A stretch of 63,932 bases of DNA, filler included, from Stramenopiles sp. TOSAG23-3 (taxonomy: Eukaryota), in assembly GCA_900128585.1 (NCBI GenBank). It is 57 parts of 57 records of this genome, joined end to end, with 100 filler letters (N's around TTAATTAATTAA, not from the genome) between each part and the next. Parts side by side here need not be neighbours in the genome. Positions count along the whole stretch, not along the records: positions 34,974 to 35,996 come from LT646686.1; positions 36,097 to 37,119 come from LT646687.1; positions 37,220 to 38,242 come from LT646688.1; positions 38,343 to 39,364 come from LT646689.1; positions 39,465 to 40,486 come from LT646690.1; positions 40,587 to 41,607 come from LT646691.1; positions 41,708 to 42,728 come from LT646692.1; positions 42,829 to 43,848 come from LT646693.1; 49 more parts are not named here. One strand, written 5' to 3'. This document shows, one piece after another, positions 34,974 through 47,308 of the stretch. How positions within the stretch are numbered: the stretch's first letter is position 1; each line of letters starts with the position of its first letter. A program made the translations under genes and the position numbers. Under the pieces are notes generated by a model. It was not told where the DNA came from, did not search any database, and saw only the letters and a list, made by a program, of their open reading frames with translations.

Positions 34974-35995
34974 AAAACATGCGTGCCATCCAGCCCAGTG
35001 ACGTCAGAAACAATTCTCTTTCCACCAGGGTGTGTCTCGTAGAACGAAGAAACATCATAAACTCCTCCCTTGACAGCAAACCATTGCTCGTTGTTGTCTG
35101 CGCTTGCATTATGCACTGCAAGTTCAGAGTACCATATTTGTCGAACTTGGGGAAGCAGCACTACCTTGCCGTCTTTCAGCAAACGCTTGGAGGATCCAAA
35201 TACCTCAATTTTAAATCGACGTTCTGCGAATGCAGCGGACAAAGACGCTTTCGATTCCAATCCCTCCTCTTTGGTAATTTTTTCAAACACTTTTATGAGC
35301 CCTTGGTAGAATGGAACGGCGCCACAGACATAAAAATAGCCCTCTTTCCCCCCATGGCGTATTGGCAGCAAAAGGTCGCAGACAACCCCAGAGAGGGCTT
35401 TGCTGTTCGAGATCACGTCCGCGACGTATTTTCCAGAGCGGCCGTCCACTGTTTTGAGACCCGCCGGTGTAGATTCTACGTGAATTTCCTCCCTGGAAAA
35501 CGCTACAATAACGTGGAGGTCAATTAAGTCCCGCTTTAGCACTGCGTCCCAATCGTCTCGGTATAGAAACGATTTTTCATTTCGGCACCCAAAGAAAATC
35601 CAGTTTTCCGACCGGATCCCAGTCTGCCTTGCCTGGTTCTCGCGTTGCTGGATAAATGCCCTGAAGGGGCCAATGCCGGACCCACCTGCAAACAGGGCAA
35701 TGGGGCAAGATGGACCGGGCAGAGCAAAGTTCAAAGGCCTCTCAACGCCCACAAGAACGCGTTTGTCTTCTAGTGTCTCGGTCGATGGGGTCGGGTTCAA
35801 AAATCCGCTGGCCACCCCCGGTATGGTCCCTACGGACTCATGGACGGTTTCCATCTCCTTGCGGCTAACAGTAATCTCGACATAATCTGGAAACAGCCCT
35901 TTGGAATCGTTTGAGCTTGAAATTGCATAAGTCCGAGTTCTCGTAGGGGGAAAGCATCGGCACAAAAAGGAGTCAGTGAGCGTTAAAACCGGTTC
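34974..35995 (-). CDS. FNR-type (CPR/NOS reductase-like) FAD/NADPH domains followed by a cytochrome b5 heme domain (fragment)
   Basis: RTYAISSS, GVASGFL, FAGGSGIGPFRAF, FFGCR, AFSR, YVCG; then HN....WFAVKGGVYDVSSF..HPGG. Confidence 0.88.
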
Positions 35996-37221
35996 GNNNN
36001 NNNNNNNNNNNNNNNNNNNNNNNNNNNNNNNNNNNNNNNNTTAATTAATTAANNNNNNNNNNNNNNNNNNNNNNNNNNNNNNNNNNNNNNNNNNNNAAGT
36101 GATCCAACATATTAATGATGAAATACGTCATAAAATGGACAAGGCACTTGGTGAATCTCTTAATACAATGTATATCGTTGGAAAGCGTAGTTACTCATTA
36201 GCAGAATACAATGAAAGTATTAATTCACCTCCTTCGCCTACATCTGCAAGGCCTTTGGCACGGGAACAAGCTCGGCTTTGATATATAAAAAGATATTTAA
36301 AAGGGGTGTATACAGTGGCCACATATGTATAGTGTTATAAATATAGTGGAAAATATACGTGTATACACCACAATATAATACTAGTGTTATATTATGATAT
36401 AAAAATATCTTAAAAAATATATCTATAGAATTTACTTTTTTAAAAGGAATTGCTATATAATATGTAAAATAGAATTAGAATATTACTCTCTTCACCCGGC
36501 TAGCTATACAATATATACATGTTGGAAAAAAGGGATAAAATTTAAAACAACCGGTTTTTTAAAAAATGGTTTTTTTAAAATTATTAAAAAATAACACTGT
36601 TTACTATGGATGGAATAACTTTATCCAAAAAAGAGCTATCGAATAAGGTTTTTTATCATGGCATACCATGCAGACTTCGCAAACTTTAAGGGCGTATTAA
36701 ACAAAACTTCGACTGTACTGTACTACTTAGGATAAAAATGTGCCACATATATATATATTATTATACCACAGGTATAATAAATATAATTTCCTTAACAAGC
36801 TATTCGGGCCCGACCATAAACATCAATTTGAACCTTGGTGCCTTGAACTTCTTTTTTTTAATACAAGAAGCTTCTTACTACAAATATATATATTTATCGA
36901 TATATATATAAAATGAATATAAAAAAGATATAAAAGAAAGATGTTATACAGATACCAAAAAAAAGGTGTGTGTGTGTGTGTAAGCGAACAAAAGAAACAA
37001 GGGCAGAATGAATATCATACGAAGAAATATTTATCAACAGACGAGAAGAGGATCAATCATACCTGCTGCATTTATTAACAAGTATTATACTTCTTCTTCT
37101 TCTACCATTTCTTCTCGTTNNNNNNNNNNNNNNNNNNNNNNNNNNNNNNNNNNNNNNNNNNNNTTAATTAATTAANNNNNNNNNNNNNNNNNNNNNNNNN
37201 NNNNNNNNNNNNNNNNNNNAT

Positions 37222-38241
37222 ACTCAAATACCTAATTTTGGAATAACTAAAGACACTAGAGTAGTTCTTCCTGCTTTAGGAGCTACTGGTAAATGGGCAA
37301 CAGCAAATCCTAAAAATGGTAGTGCTTACACAGCGCAAAATAGATCTCAACTTGAGTATACTATTACAGGAGGCACATACCCAGATAATTGGGATATGGA
37401 TAAAGATAATGGAGAAATAACTCAAGCAATTGCAGGAGACGTTTTAGGCTACGGAGGGGAAATATTTGAAGGTAATCCAAATAGCACATATACTGTAAAC
37501 ATTACTGTAACCGATGCAAATGGTGTTACTTTTCCGTCAACAGGTACTACTGATTATAAACAACGTAGCGTTACCCATACTACATCTATAACTATAGGTT
37601 ATGCAGAGCTTAATACAGAATTGAAAAATTCTAACTGTATATTTGATCCACTCGCAAATACAGCTGGTACGATAAGAACTACTACTAATGGGACTAAAGT
37701 TTCAGGTATATGGTATATTGCTAATAATGCGTTAACTGCTAGCGATTTTACTAGTATAGGCTCAGGAATAACAAGTATTAATAGATTAGGAACAGGCCCT
37801 CACAAACAAGGAACAGTAGCTCTTAGCTCTAATTTTAAGCAACTGGCTGATTCAAGTTCTAATTCTAGCTTTAATTCTGGCTCAACTAGATATTATTATA
37901 GAGTTCAAGGAAATACCACATGGAATCCTGTTTTAAGATTGCAAGAATATAATCAAGCGGGGCTCAACAATAGCACAGGAACAAGTCAAATAGATACTCC
38001 TATATGGAACATACCTAATTACGGGCTTACTCTTAATATAGCAGGTGGTACCACCTCTAATAATAAATGGTTATCCGATGTTAGAGCCATCGACTACTTA
38101 GCGTTTTCTAGTATTTCAAATGGACAGCCTATAGAGTATGCTATTGTTATAGAGGATTTACAAAAGCTTAGCGGGACTAACGGACAGAATGCCGCGATAG
38201 GCTGGATACAACTGGATGATTTGCATTATCCAGCTTGTGTA
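37222..38241 (+). CDS. T/N/G/S-rich protein with a cadherin-like domain; possible phage/bacterial structural protein
   Basis: LEYTITGG...W.MD..NGEI...YTVNITVTDANG; strongly A/T-ending codons; no introns. Confidence 0.55.
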
Positions 38242-38382
38242 CNNNNNNNNNNNNNNNNNNNNNNNNNNNNNNNNNNNNNNNNNNNNTTAATTAATTAANN
38301 NNNNNNNNNNNNNNNNNNNNNNNNNNNNNNNNNNNNNNNNNNGACTAGTGCACAACGTTTAAACTAAACTAGTGCACAACGT

Positions 38383-39363
38383 TTAAACTGACCCGCAGTT
38401 GTCCTTGTTCACACGACCCCAGCCAATCTTTTTCCCCTCAAGGTCAAACACTAGGTAGTAGTTCCGCATGGTCGTGTCGCCAATAATGAACCCACTGCCA
38501 CCCGCGGAGCCGCCGTCCCTGATTCCTAGACAGTACTGGTCTTGTTTGGTTGCTAGGGGGGAACCTAACAGCAGGTAGTCCCTAGCGCTCATGTCCAAGT
38601 TTACACCGTCCAATTTCATCGTCAACGAAGGGTACGCGTTGATTTCTTCGTCCGTAAGCTCGACGCACTCGTTCTGCCACAGCGCTTTGCACTGGGACAG
38701 CGAGGAGTCGCTGCACATTGCAGACTGCAGGGAAGACATGACACTTGAAGGGGCAAGCAAAACATTCGTTCCCGTATCCAAAATCGCCGCCGAACCAACG
38801 GAAATGGACGGGGACGTGCCGCCACCGGCTGTGTTCAGTGTAATGGAATCGACCTGCACCGAGTGGAATCCAAACCCGACGTCTGGGACGTACTGGACGG
38901 TTCCATTTGATAGTCGCTTGTCCACCCCGCCGATTGTAATGGTTCCATTGCTCTTCTTCCCTTCGTACATGCACATTGCCCACACATTGTCACATTTTCC
39001 GGCCGCAACCAAAGAGGCAAACACGTCTTCTTTTCCACCCTGAGTGAAACCCATTACACCACCAATTCGTTTGAACTGATCGAAATTCGTGGTTTGTTTT
39101 GAGATGGAGCCGAGGGTCACGGTGACAGGTCCAATGCCGGCGAGGGTAACTTGGTCTTTGTAAAGCTTGCCAGAAATTGTGCACACAGCGGTCGGGTTCT
39201 TAAGATCACAGGTTTGGTAAGAATTCGAGAACACGTACGGAAACGCAGCAGCACTGGACGAACTCGCACTGTGGTCGTACTGATTATTGGGCGCCGTCGT
39301 GGGGCAACCGTCACACCCGGCGCCAGATATATCCAGGTCACCTGACCCAGAGTCTATGGCAAC
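38383..39363 (-). CDS. Pepsin-family (A1) aspartic protease (3' part)
   Basis: IDSGS and ILDTGT catalytic motifs; IIGDTTMRNYYLVFDLEGKKIGW. Confidence 0.93.
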   Translation of the reverse strand, partial: VAIDSGSGDLDISGAGCDGCPTTAPNNQYDHSASSSSAAAFPYVFSNSYQTCDLKNPTAVCTISGKLYKDQVTLAGIGPVTVTLGSISKQTTNFDQFKRIGGVMGFTQGGKEDVFASLVAAGKCDNVWAMCMYEGKKSNGTITIGGVDKRLSNGTVQYVPDVGFGFHSVQVDSITLNTAGGGTSPSISVGSAAILDTGTNVLLAPSSVMSSLQSAMCSDSSLSQCKALWQNECVELTDEEINAYPSLTMKLDGVNLDMSARDYLLLGSPLATKQDQYCLGIRDGGSAGGSGFIIGDTTMRNYYLVFDLEGKKIGWGRVNKDNCGSV

Positions 39364-39485
39364 CNNNNNNNNNNNNNNNNNNNNNNNNNNNNNNNNNNNN
39401 NNNNNNNNTTAATTAATTAANNNNNNNNNNNNNNNNNNNNNNNNNNNNNNNNNNNNNNNNNNNNAAAAAATCTGCCTGGCCATGA

Positions 39486-40484
39486 GTGTTATTGAGCTGG
39501 AGAAAGAGCTCAAAAAAAATTAAGGAGCGAGTCAAAGACGCTGTAGGATCTTTTCAACAAGAAAATTACGCAATAAACGAAAAAGCCAAGGAAGGTGGGT
39601 ACTTCGTAGAGTTAGATCGCGATGCGACGGAAGGGTCGTCACTGAGCGTGATAAATCCAACAAAGGAACGGCTTATTCATATTTTGGAACAGCAACACAA
39701 TAACTTTGAACAAAGAAATATTCTCCTTTCAGAAACTTGCGACAAACTACACAGTATAGCCCCCAAGGGTTTTAAAAAAAAGGCGGTAAAACAACGTAAT
39801 GGAGATGAAAGAGTTGAGGAATCCAAACCAGCGATCCCCGAGTATTTGTCCGATGAGTACATTTTAAATACGACAGGGCCTGCTGAGATTAGCAAAAAGA
39901 AGATTCTCCTTAAAATGCGGACTTTAGCTAACGACCAGAAACGTTTCAAATCAAAAGTAAACGAGTACGTAGAAGAAGCTAAAGGATTTAATGTCGTGTT
40001 CCAAAAAATGCAGAATGAAATAAATGCATTGCGAGAACACCTCTTAGAACTTACTTCTCGAGAAGAGAAACACGTCGCAACGCGCACTTTCTTACGGCAC
40101 AAACAGAAAGTTTTACAAGAATCCTTGAGTGCAAAAGAACAGGAACTCAACACGATTTCTAACGATCTAAAGAAGTCAAAGCTACAGCTTCAAATGGAAA
40201 GACAAGAGGTAAAAAAGCGTGACACAGTACAATCACGAATGTCTGTCTTGCAGGTCAAATTACAAATATCTGAAGATTCATTAAAAGACAAATCGTTAAA
40301 ATGTGCGCAGCTTCTTCGCTTGAACAACAGGTTGAAGCGGTCTTTGGACAGTACCACGAAAGACATGGTTTCGAATTTGAGTGAAAACGAAGGCGTGGAG
40401 GCATTAGAAAAAAGAGTACAAACACTCCAAAGCACTTTGTTTCAAACAGAAGAAACACGCAAACATAACGAGACAAAATTGAAG
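39486..40484 (+). CDS. Coiled-coil protein (fragment)
   Basis: Long E/K/L/Q-rich ORF. Confidence 0.65.
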
Positions 40485-40586
40485 CGNNNNNNNNNNNNNN
40501 NNNNNNNNNNNNNNNNNNNNNNNNNNNNNNTTAATTAATTAANNNNNNNNNNNNNNNNNNNNNNNNNNNNNNNNNNNNNNNNNNNN

Positions 40587-41605
40587 AAAGATAAGTACTT
40601 CAATGCAAGGGCTACGATATCGTCTTGCAGCATATCAATCGCGTTCTTAAACTCGGAGAAATCCAGTGCAGCGGATCCATCGGTGTCATGTTTAGCAAAT
40701 ATGTTCAAGAGCCGTTCGGTGTTAATACTTAAGCCAAGCTGCACCGAAATGTCTTTAAATTCTTCAAAGTTTATCGTATTTTTTGACTTTCTCACCTTTT
40801 CAAAAAGTTGAAGGGCGAAATCACCTTGCTGTAGAACAACTCGCTTTATTTCTTCTTTGGCACGTTGGTGGAGATTCTTTAGGTGTTTTCGAGCTTGAAA
40901 ATCGGTAAGTTCTACATCACTTGAATCCATAACAGCCAAAAGATTTTTCATATCCTCTAGGTTTACCAGGAGCAAATCGTCAAGGTATATTTCGTCGTTT
41001 GGCGCTAACATCTTTAAGATCGGGTCACAAAGGGCTTTTGGCAGGACTTCTGTATCAGAGAAGAAGCTGCTTTTGAAGGCCGATCGCGCCATTACTGAGG
41101 GGGCGACGTGTGACGTGTTATCTCCTCTTAAGTTTAGCAATTTTTGCTGTATCAGTTTTCTGGTGTTTGAGGTGACTTCCTTTCGTAGCCCATTCAACTG
41201 ACGGATTTTCGCGATGATGTACAGGCCAAGAGTACCCGTCGAAGTGGCAAGAGGTAGCATTCTTTCGGGCGTCAAGACACTACCGAGCATCCACCAAAGC
41301 CCAACGACATTTAACGCGGAAAGAATTAAGGCTATCCCCCAGAAGTAAAACGACACAAATAGTTTTCTCCAGGAATTCCGAAATATATGCCAAATGCGAC
41401 GGCCTGTGCTTCTCTTTGTACACACTTGAACTTGAAACGACTCGCTATTAGTGAGAAAATCATCCAGACATTTGTACTGTTCTGATGTCACTAGTCCGCT
41501 TAAAAGTGTCTTCGGTGATGGGCCTTTACCATCTTTTGATGGGGAAACCAACTCGCGAATTAATAGTGGCTTTACGACAGGTTCTTTTGCTTTATCATTA
41601 CTTGC
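40587..41605 (-). CDS. Membrane protein with EF-hands (fragment)
   Basis: Two TM segments; DTDGSAALDFSEF loop. Confidence 0.7.
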
Positions 41606-41707
41606 TGNNNNNNNNNNNNNNNNNNNNNNNNNNNNNNNNNNNNNNNNNNNNTTAATTAATTAANNNNNNNNNNNNNNNNNNNNNNNNNNNNNNNNNNNNN
41701 NNNNNNN

Positions 41708-42605
41708 CGAAAAGAACGCTACACAAACAAACGACAAAATATAATGATACGCTAGAAGCATTCGATTCGAGTCCTGACGTAGATAATGATACGCTAGAAG
41801 CATTCGATTCAGATTCCATACAGTAATTGTGGTGCTGGCCTTCAGTATTAGACACTGGTTCTCTGGGTTGACCGGTGAAACTCACCCTACCAAGAGGAAG
41901 CAGTTGTCTCCGTGCAATTTCAACAGCCATACGACTGCGAAGATGCGGAATGTCAGCTTGCAAAAAGTCAAAATCCTTTTGTTCAGCTATGTAGTTTGCA
42001 AACTGAATCATGAAGACTCCACAATCACTGCCGTTTTGTTGTTGGGGCACGGCATTTCCTGGAGAGACTTTCCTCCACTCCCCAGGGTTTGGCAGTGTTG
42101 CATTATGTTTATCCTTATGTTCATCTTGGATGTACTGAAACAAAGTTTCTAATATTCCCCTCCCATCAGATCCCATGCTGTCATAATAGGCGAGTGTTTT
42201 CGCTTGAAAGTTTATAACTGCCAGTGTCCAATGGTTGATGGTATGCACAGGAATGATCATGCATCTCAACTTAAATATGTCAACGTTACGTGTCCATCTT
42301 TGCACCTCACTATACTGATACCCCGCTTCATCTGACACTAACTTCGCAAGAAAGAACGAAGTCATATACAAAACTTCCACAGGCGTTCCAGTAGTCCTCA
42401 TGCGGTTTGATTCCCTTTCTTTCATTAACTCACGATAAAAATTGACCACTTCATCATTCAACCAGTTTCTTCCAGCAAGGCACGACAACATTTCTCGTGT
42501 CATATTTATTTTAAAGGCTGAGACAACCACCTCAGTCCCCAACCCCCCCGCGTCAGTTGTGACATTTAGAGCCAATTGAGTCTCTTCAGCTGTTAACACC
42601 CTCAT
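41708..42605 (-). CDS. Ulp1/SENP SUMO protease catalytic domain (C48)
   Basis: WLNDEVVNFY, NHW, YYDSM, QQQNGSDCGVF; the 3' tail may be intronic. Confidence 0.93.
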
Positions 42606-42830
42606 AACGCCATTTTTTGCATTCTATCGTGCGTTTCTATGTGTAACAATGATGTTTCAAACATATTTCGAAAGAGAATTGTCTCCGTTATTATTATTCA
42701 CCCAGAACTACTTTTTTGTATAGAAAACNNNNNNNNNNNNNNNNNNNNNNNNNNNNNNNNNNNNNNNNNNNNTTAATTAATTAANNNNNNNNNNNNNNNN
42801 NNNNNNNNNNNNNNNNNNNNNNNNNNNNCA

Positions 42831-43847
42831 TACGAGCTGGACACTGAGGGTGGGTACCCTGTGTTGAAGGAGTATGACTACATGCACGACCGGCAGGCCG
42901 ATAGTTTGAAGATTCTCCCCCGTGCCGTTTACAAGCCTCGGCCGTACCAACGAAAAGCGTTGAGCAAGATGTTTGGGAACCAACGGGCCAAATCAGGGAT
43001 TATTGTCTTGCCCTGCGGCGCGGGGAAAACGTTTGTGGGCATAAACGCGTGCATAACGGTGAACAAGAGCTGCTTGGTGATCGTTACGAACAACGTCTCC
43101 GTAGAGCAGTGGAAAAAAGAATTTTTGAAATTTTCAACCATCAAGGAGAAGCAAGTGTTCCGCCTTACCTCCACAGCGAAAGATTGGTTCGATGGTAAAT
43201 CGGCTTGTGTGTGCATTACTACGTTTAGCATGATGGGGTTCAACGACGAGAGGCGTGGCGCCGAGTCGAGGAGGGCGATGGAAATGCTGCAAAGCACGGA
43301 CTGGGGGCTGATGCTGTTGGACGAAGTGCACATAGCCCCCGCAAAAACATTTCGGAGAACCCTCCAGCGGGTGCGCGCGCACACCATTCTCGGCCTCACG
43401 GCGACCCTGGTGAGGGAGGACGGTTTGATCGACGACCTGAACTACTTGATCGGCCCAAAACTGTACGAGGCCAACTGGATGGATTTAACCGACGACGGCT
43501 TCTTGGCAAGGGTCATGTGCAAAGAGGTGTGGTGCCCAATGACCCCCAAATTTTTTGAAGAGTACCTGGTCGCCCAGGATTACCGCGACCGGGGCAGGGA
43601 AGCTTGTAACGGGATGACCATCGAGCAGCCGTTCCGCCGGCAACAGCGTCTGTACGTCATGAACCCGAACAAGCTTTTTATTTGCCACCATTTGGTGGAA
43701 GAGCACAGGAAGCGCAACGAAAAGATTTTAGTCTTCTCCGATGACATTTTCGCCCTCAAAATCTATTCGAGCGTGCTGGGGTACCCGATGATTTACGGGG
43801 GGTCCTCCGGAGAGGAGAGGTTCGCATGCCTGACGCAGTTCAAGACC
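42831..43847 (+). CDS. XPB: TFIIH helicase XPB (ERCC3/Ssl2), internal fragment
   Basis: RPYQRKALSKMFGN.RAKSGIIVLPCGAGKT, DEVH, GLTATLVRED, LIGPKLYEANW, EVWCPMT. Confidence 0.95.
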
Positions 43848-43948
43848 ANNNNNNNNNNNNNNNNNNNNNNNNNNNNNNNNNNNNNNNNNNNNTTAATTAA
43901 TTAANNNNNNNNNNNNNNNNNNNNNNNNNNNNNNNNNNNNNNNNNNNN

Positions 43949-44598
43949 TCATTCTCAGATGTACTCCATTGATGATCTGAATCAGTAGATGGATTAAGAC
44001 TGCTTTCAAATGAACCGTAATCAACTTTCTCATCCGATATCTCACTCATAGGTGACTCAATCCCTGTACGATTTTCCAAGCAGCGGCTTAATAGTTTCAG
44101 AGTTGCTCGTTGTCTGTCTTTTAAATCAGTCAAGGGATTGTCATCTGTGGGTTGGGATGTCGGGGGAGGGTCGTTTGTGTCATTTTCGATCAGCGTTGCG
44201 GTAGATGTGGTTCGATGGCGTGCCATCGTCTTGCTGGCAATGCTCTGATTCCCTGTGTCTTCCTCCGAGGATGACACGACTAGGGTCGAGGCAATGCTGG
44301 GTTGCTCGCTGCTAGATTGCTCACTGCTCTGGGTACTACCGGGGTCATCGCTGCTGGAATGCTCGTCCTCCGAGAATTGCGGTTCTGTGTCAGAGGCCGA
44401 GTCCGAGCTATTCAGGGCCAGGATTCGGGCCGGGATGTGAGGGTACCGGGTAAGGGGCGCGATGTTGGCTGCTTCGGTGGCATAGTCCATTGGCAGGACC
44501 GTTGGGAGATAGGCGCGGAATATCCGGAGCCCTGATGCTATGGACTTGGCGAACCCGTTCAAGATGTACCGTTGGAAGATTTGCATCCGCCGATCCAT
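43949..44598 (-). CDS. Hypothetical Ser/Asp/Thr-rich protein (fragment)
   Basis: Long open frame; no recognisable domain. Confidence 0.45.
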
Positions 44599-44741
44599 CC
44601 ATCTCTGGCGGGCTGCTATGTATCTAACGCTTCCACCGGTGAGTTAAATAAAGTTTTAAATTTACTGAAATAACAGCCATTATTCTCGTTGTCCGTGGTA
44701 CTGCTCAATGAAATAACGATCGATTTATTTAATTTATATAT

Positions 44742-44865
44742 AAAAAACAAGAAAATTGGCTGTTATTTAAGTAATGAAAATATATATTTTAAAATGAGAG
44801 TCTTAAAAAACATACTATATATATATAATTTGTTTTTTTTAAACAAGAAAATTGGCTGTTATTTA
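44742..44865 (+). mobile_element. Third cluster of the repeat family
   Basis: Cores AAACAAGAAAATTGGCTGTTATTTA at 44742-44775 and 44841-44865 flank ATGAGAGTCTTAAAAAACATACTATAT. Confidence 0.6.
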
Positions 44866-45068
44866 GAGTAGAATCAAATAAGAGTGGGCTTTTTTTTTAA
44901 AGTTAAAAGTTGTTTGGTTTAGTGAAAAAACACCGAAATTAAAAATTGTCCCTGCTATGTGATGTATCNNNNNNNNNNNNNNNNNNNNNNNNNNNNNNNN
45001 NNNNNNNNNNNNTTAATTAATTAANNNNNNNNNNNNNNNNNNNNNNNNNNNNNNNNNNNNNNNNNNNN

Positions 45069-45754
45069 TCGGCCGGAAAGTAAACCAAAATAGGAACGCC
45101 TACACAGAGCACAATTCCAAACTGTACCCACAAAAACAACGGGGTGTTTTCATCGCTTCCCCGAATTATATAAGGCGCAAAAAAACCGATTGCTGCTCCC
45201 AAATTGTTTGCAAGAATAGCAACGGACGTTGCCGTGTCCCTTTCGTTAGGCGGGAACCACGTCGAGGCCACCAAAGTCGGTGTGGCCATGGTCAGCGGTC
45301 CGACTGCTGCGTTAAAAATTTGTCCAATGTGCACCAACGGCAAGACCCACCCAGGCGGGCTGCCACTGGAAAACAACAAAGTGGGAAATGCCCTCATTGC
45401 CACGCATCCAATTTCCAGAAATACCGAGAGCAACGTTATTTTTCTCAAGGCCTGCTGTGTCGTCGCAAGCCATACCGTGGGAACGGTCGTGAGGCAATAT
45501 ATTATCGGCCCCCAGTTGAGAAACAAGTCAATGTCCGTTTGCCCTGGGCCCTGCTCATCGTTGCACTCCGCCGGCGTTTTGCATAACCCATAATAAGCTT
45601 TTGTAGTCGCTGCTATCGGAGAAAACGAAAGCCAAAGAAGCCCTTGACAAAAAGAGACCAGCGAAAAGGAAAGCAATATGTAAAAACGAGTTGAATATAC
45701 CTTGTAGTCGCCCAACGCCGACTGGTTGATATTGCTTTTGCCAGGGACATTCAT
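45069..45754 (-). CDS. MFS transporter, SLC49 (FLVCR/DIRC2) family (5' part)
   Basis: YKVYSTRFYIL...QGLLWLSFSPI, NWGP, GQIFNA, STWFPPNERDTAT. Confidence 0.88.
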
Positions 45755-46194
45755 CTTTCAACCATTTTGCCTTTGCCAGAGGAACGAAAAGCGGTTTAAG
45801 AAACTAGACTTTCGGGGAGACAGAAGTGTTCAAAAATCTACTTACATATATATATATATATATTAAATTATGAAGAAGATTCAATCGTAGTAGAAAAAGA
45901 GACTCGTTAAGATATTTAGATATTATTTATTACCACCAAGGGTGAGATAATAGAAGAAGAAGAAGAGTGGTGGTGGGAGAAAAAAAAAAAAGTTAATAAA
46001 AAATAATAATAATTATACGACACGAACGTTGTATTTATTTGGAATTAACTTAATGGCTCAGAAGCATCGCTGTGGTTCCAAAGCGCATNNNNNNNNNNNN
46101 NNNNNNNNNNNNNNNNNNNNNNNNNNNNNNNNTTAATTAATTAANNNNNNNNNNNNNNNNNNNNNNNNNNNNNNNNNNNNNNNNNNNNGAAGGC

Positions 46195-46207
46195 AAAAAA
46201 AAAAAAA
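46195..46207 (-). terminator. Pol III poly-T terminator of tRNA-Arg
   Basis: T run immediately 3' of the tRNA on the minus strand. Confidence 0.8.
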
Positions 46208-46280
46208 AGTCCCAGAAGGGATTCGAACCCTCAACCCTTTGATCCGAAGTCAAATACGCTAGCCGTTGCGCCACTAGGAC
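46208..46280 (-). tRNA. tRNA-Arg(TCG)
   Basis: GTCCTAG/CTGGGAC acceptor stem, TGGCGCAACGG A-box, TTTGA-CTTCGGA-TCAAA anticodon arm, GGTTCGAATCC B-box; no intron. Confidence 0.93.
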
Positions 46281-46687
46281 ACACTTCGTAGAGAAAGTGA
46301 TTCTCTACCAAGTGAGCTATGCTCTGGTACATGAAATAGTATTGGAACTTTTACATAAATATACTTTTGTTTTTAATTATGGATGCTGTGTAGTGTTCTT
46401 TGGACAGTACCATCCAAATAATGAAGAAAAGAAGAAGAAATAAAGAATTACAACAAGAACTAAATAATAATAATAACGACTGTCGCCGTCTTCTAATAAT
46501 AAATAAAAAAAAAATAATTTATTATTATTAAAAAAACAAAGATACATTTTAATAAACAACAAGTTCTTCTTCCTGTATGAGAAAATGATAAACAGGGGGT
46601 ATTATTAATTACGCAGGAAGAGGTGCACACATTATTGACAACAGAAACAAAGGAGGGAATACGCCTTCACCACTTCTGTTCAATCCG

Positions 46688-47206
46688 TCATCCCTGTTGG
46701 TCGTTTCGTAACTTGAACTTCTCCAATGCACGAACGGCCTGCTTCGCAGTAAACCGGTCCATCGGCTCCAGCCTCAAAAGTTTTTCTATGAACATTCTCG
46801 CGCCTTGGGAGACGCGGGGCGACACACCAACCGTGCCCCATTGAAGGTCACATGACAAAATTCGGTCGAACATTTCGCTCTCGTGCTTCTCGTAGAAGGG
46901 TGTTGTCCCGTGCAAAAACTCGTAGATCAATACCCCAAAGCTCCAAAGGTCCGTCTTCGTCCCGTGGGGCATCCCTGCAACGATCTCGGGCGACAAGTAC
47001 TCCGGCGTTCCACACAGCGTCGTCCGTCGAGCACTCCCTTCTGGGGTTCCTGGGGGAACGTGAACGGACCAACCAAAGTCGGCCAGCTTCACCACCCCGT
47101 TCCCGTCCAACAGCAAATTCTCTAACTTTATATCGCGGTGAATGACGTGCCGGGCGTGGCAGTACTCCAGGGCCCGTGCAATGTCCAGCGCGTACTGGAC
47201 GGTGCG
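46688..47206 (-). CDS. Aurora-family Ser/Thr kinase (3' part)
   Basis: HRDIKLENLL, ADFGWSVH, RRTTLCGTPEYLSPE. Confidence 0.9.
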   Translation of the reverse strand, partial: RTVQYALDIARALEYCHARHVIHRDIKLENLLLDGNGVVKLADFGWSVHVPPGTPEGSARRTTLCGTPEYLSPEIVAGMPHGTKTDLWSFGVLIYEFLHGTTPFYEKHESEMFDRILSCDLQWGTVGVSPRVSQGARMFIEKLLRLEPMDRFTAKQAVRALEKFKLRNDQQG

Positions 47207-47308
47207 TTNNNNNNNNNNNNNNNNNNNNNNNNNNNNNNNNNNNNNNNNNNNNTTAATTAATTAANNNNNNNNNNNNNNNNNNNNNNNNNNNNNNNNNNNN
47301 NNNNNNNN

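Noticed and set aside
38344..38389. Tandem duplication of ACTAGTGCACAACGTTTAAACT at the protease stop codon
   Set aside because: Only two copies at a contig end; likely local slippage or an assembly edge effect.
41708..42605. Ulp1 domain as transposon cargo
   Set aside because: No transposase or TIR on the contig; the sequence looks like a canonical SENP catalytic domain.
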